Source of the DNA: Callorhinchus milii
Taxonomy: Eukaryota
Direction: 5' to 3'
Assembly (NCBI RefSeq): GCF_018977255.1
Contig: NW_024704743.1
Location: 103,046,001-103,110,000 of the forward strand
Length of the DNA: 64,000 nt
Below the pieces are notes generated by a model, which saw only the letters and a program-made list of their open reading frames with translations, had not been told where the DNA came from and did not search any database. Made by a program: the position numbers and the translations under genes. Positions 62,245 to 64,000 of this stretch are shown here, piece after piece; positions within the stretch are counted from its first letter, which is position 1; each line of letters opens with the position of its first letter.

Positions 62245-62705
62245 CACATTTCCCCCACTCTCGGTCAACTCCACTGGCTCCCTGTCCTTCAGAGGATCCA
62301 GTTCAAGATCCTGGTCCTCACATACAAAGCCCTCCATGGCCTCGCCCCACCCTACCTCTGCGACCTCCTAACCCCCTACCAACCCGCCCGTTCCCTCCGC
62401 TCAGCCGGCTCTGGCCTGCTCCACGTCCCCTGATCCACCATTGGCGGGAGAGCTTTCAGCCACTCTGCCCCCAACCTCTGGAATTCCATCCCCCAGTCAC
62501 TCCACCTCGCCCCCTCCTTAGCCTCCTTCAAGTTCCGCCTAAAGACCCTCCTCTTCGACCATGCCATCGGCCACCCCCTTCCCCTCCCCTCCCTTACCCC
62601 CCCAAACCCAGCTCGGGTCTGAAATGCTGTATTCTGTCCAGCGCCTTGGGACGTCCTCCCGACGTGAAAGGAGCCATACCAATGTAATCTTCTTGTTGGT
62701 GTGGT
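62245..62705 (+). mobile_element. L2 LINE 3' end, little diverged
   Basis: LHWLPVLQRIQFKILVLTYKALHGLAPPYL...RSLRS. Confidence 0.92.
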
Positions 62706-64000
62706 TGTTATTCATTTCTCAAAGAGAAAAGTTAGTATTCAAATTCACATATGTAATTGAAATAGAATAATATGTCTCTATCTATCATGTAATATGCCAG
62801 TAATTTCAAAAGGAATATCAACAACTTACTATGAAAATTATCTTTCTACAATCTTGTCATATTTATTCATTACACATACAAGTTAGATGGTTTAAAATAT
62901 ATGCCTTGGTGAAATGGAGAGAAAAAAGACCTAATGAAAATTATTTTATTTTTCCATGAACAATTCAGACACAGGCATTTGTATGGAAATGTAGCACATG
63001 CTTTGAACAATGGCAATTACTTTAAGAACAAAACTTGTTACAAGTTTATATAATAATAATAACCCTTGCATTTGATATAGCACCTTATCACATCTTCTAG
63101 ACATCTCAAAGCACTTCACAGAATATAATGTAAGTGAATTGACTGTATTGCGCATAGCAGTGTCCCACAGACAGTGGGGGATTGAGTGATCATTTAAAAA
63201 AAATTTTTTAAATGATTACTACTCCCGAAAAGCGATCTGGCAATCAACTAACAACCAGGCTCTTATTTAGTGCTAGTAAACAGAGGCCTGTTGAGTAAGG
63301 AAACTTGACTAATATGAATTCCAAGTGTCTAAATAAAGAACTGTCCACATCAAGGGCAAAACACTTTTATTGTACAAATTCGGTCTGTTGAGTGTTAATT
63401 CAAATATTATGCATAGAACTTTAATTTACATGTATTTTCTCCAGGATTGTTCTATTGGGGAACAGTCCATTGTTCTTTAATGAAACGTTTATGTTTGTTT
63501 CACTTTCCATTAATTAAAATAATGGATAATATGTATTCCAAAAATGTTAGATGTAGCAAACAGAATACATCGTACTACAGTTTGGCAGATTTCAGCTTCA
63601 GTTAGTGGAAGGGTTGAATGCATTCTGTTTATCATTGAGAACATGTAGACAGGCTGTGCTGAGCTGTAATTATGAGCTTCTCAGCGAATGTACTGAGTTG
63701 TTGATGGAACAATGTATCACAAAATTGGTTTGGACAAAGAAGGCCCTTTAGCCCATTTTATCTCTAATATATAATATTATATAATATCTAATCTACCAAT
63801 ACAGTATTGAGCTGTTTTTCAAATGAGTCCAATGTTCTTAATCATCCTTCCTTATAACTAGCTCCAGTTGTTAATTACCCTATGGGTAAAATAAATATTT
63901 CCTGGTATCTGTCCTCAAATTGCCCTTTGTAAATCTAATCCGACCCAAAGTGTTCCACAGACTGGAACATCAGTCTCAATCCTTAACATTAATCAGGTAC

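Overview
This is AT-rich, CpG-depleted vertebrate genomic DNA, mostly intron. The repeat complement (L2 and CR1 LINE fragments, DeuSINE/SacSINE1-like and tRNA-Ala-headed SINEs, a Penelope remnant) points to a cartilaginous fish; this is inferred, not proven. There are no prokaryotic-type features (no operons, CRISPR arrays or rRNA), and nearly all ORFs in the track are transposon fragments or chance ORFs. Reading splice signals by eye gives three phase-compatible minus-strand coding exons (34026-33962, 6989-6718, 1733-1586) of a large gene I cannot name, plus a possible 21-nt microexon. Items worth follow-up: (1) an unclassified ~0.7 kb interspersed repeat present 8 times, with a recurring nested hairpin and strong 5' splice sites; (2) a young solo LTR with inverted ends, a 4-bp target-site duplication and an internal 39-bp minisatellite; (3) a Penelope GIY-YIG remnant ending in a mutated hammerhead ribozyme; (4) several long hairpins, local duplications and enhancer-like blocks. 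I cannot demonstrate a new biological system from sequence alone. Repeat boundaries are approximate (about +/-30 bp) unless junctions are quoted.
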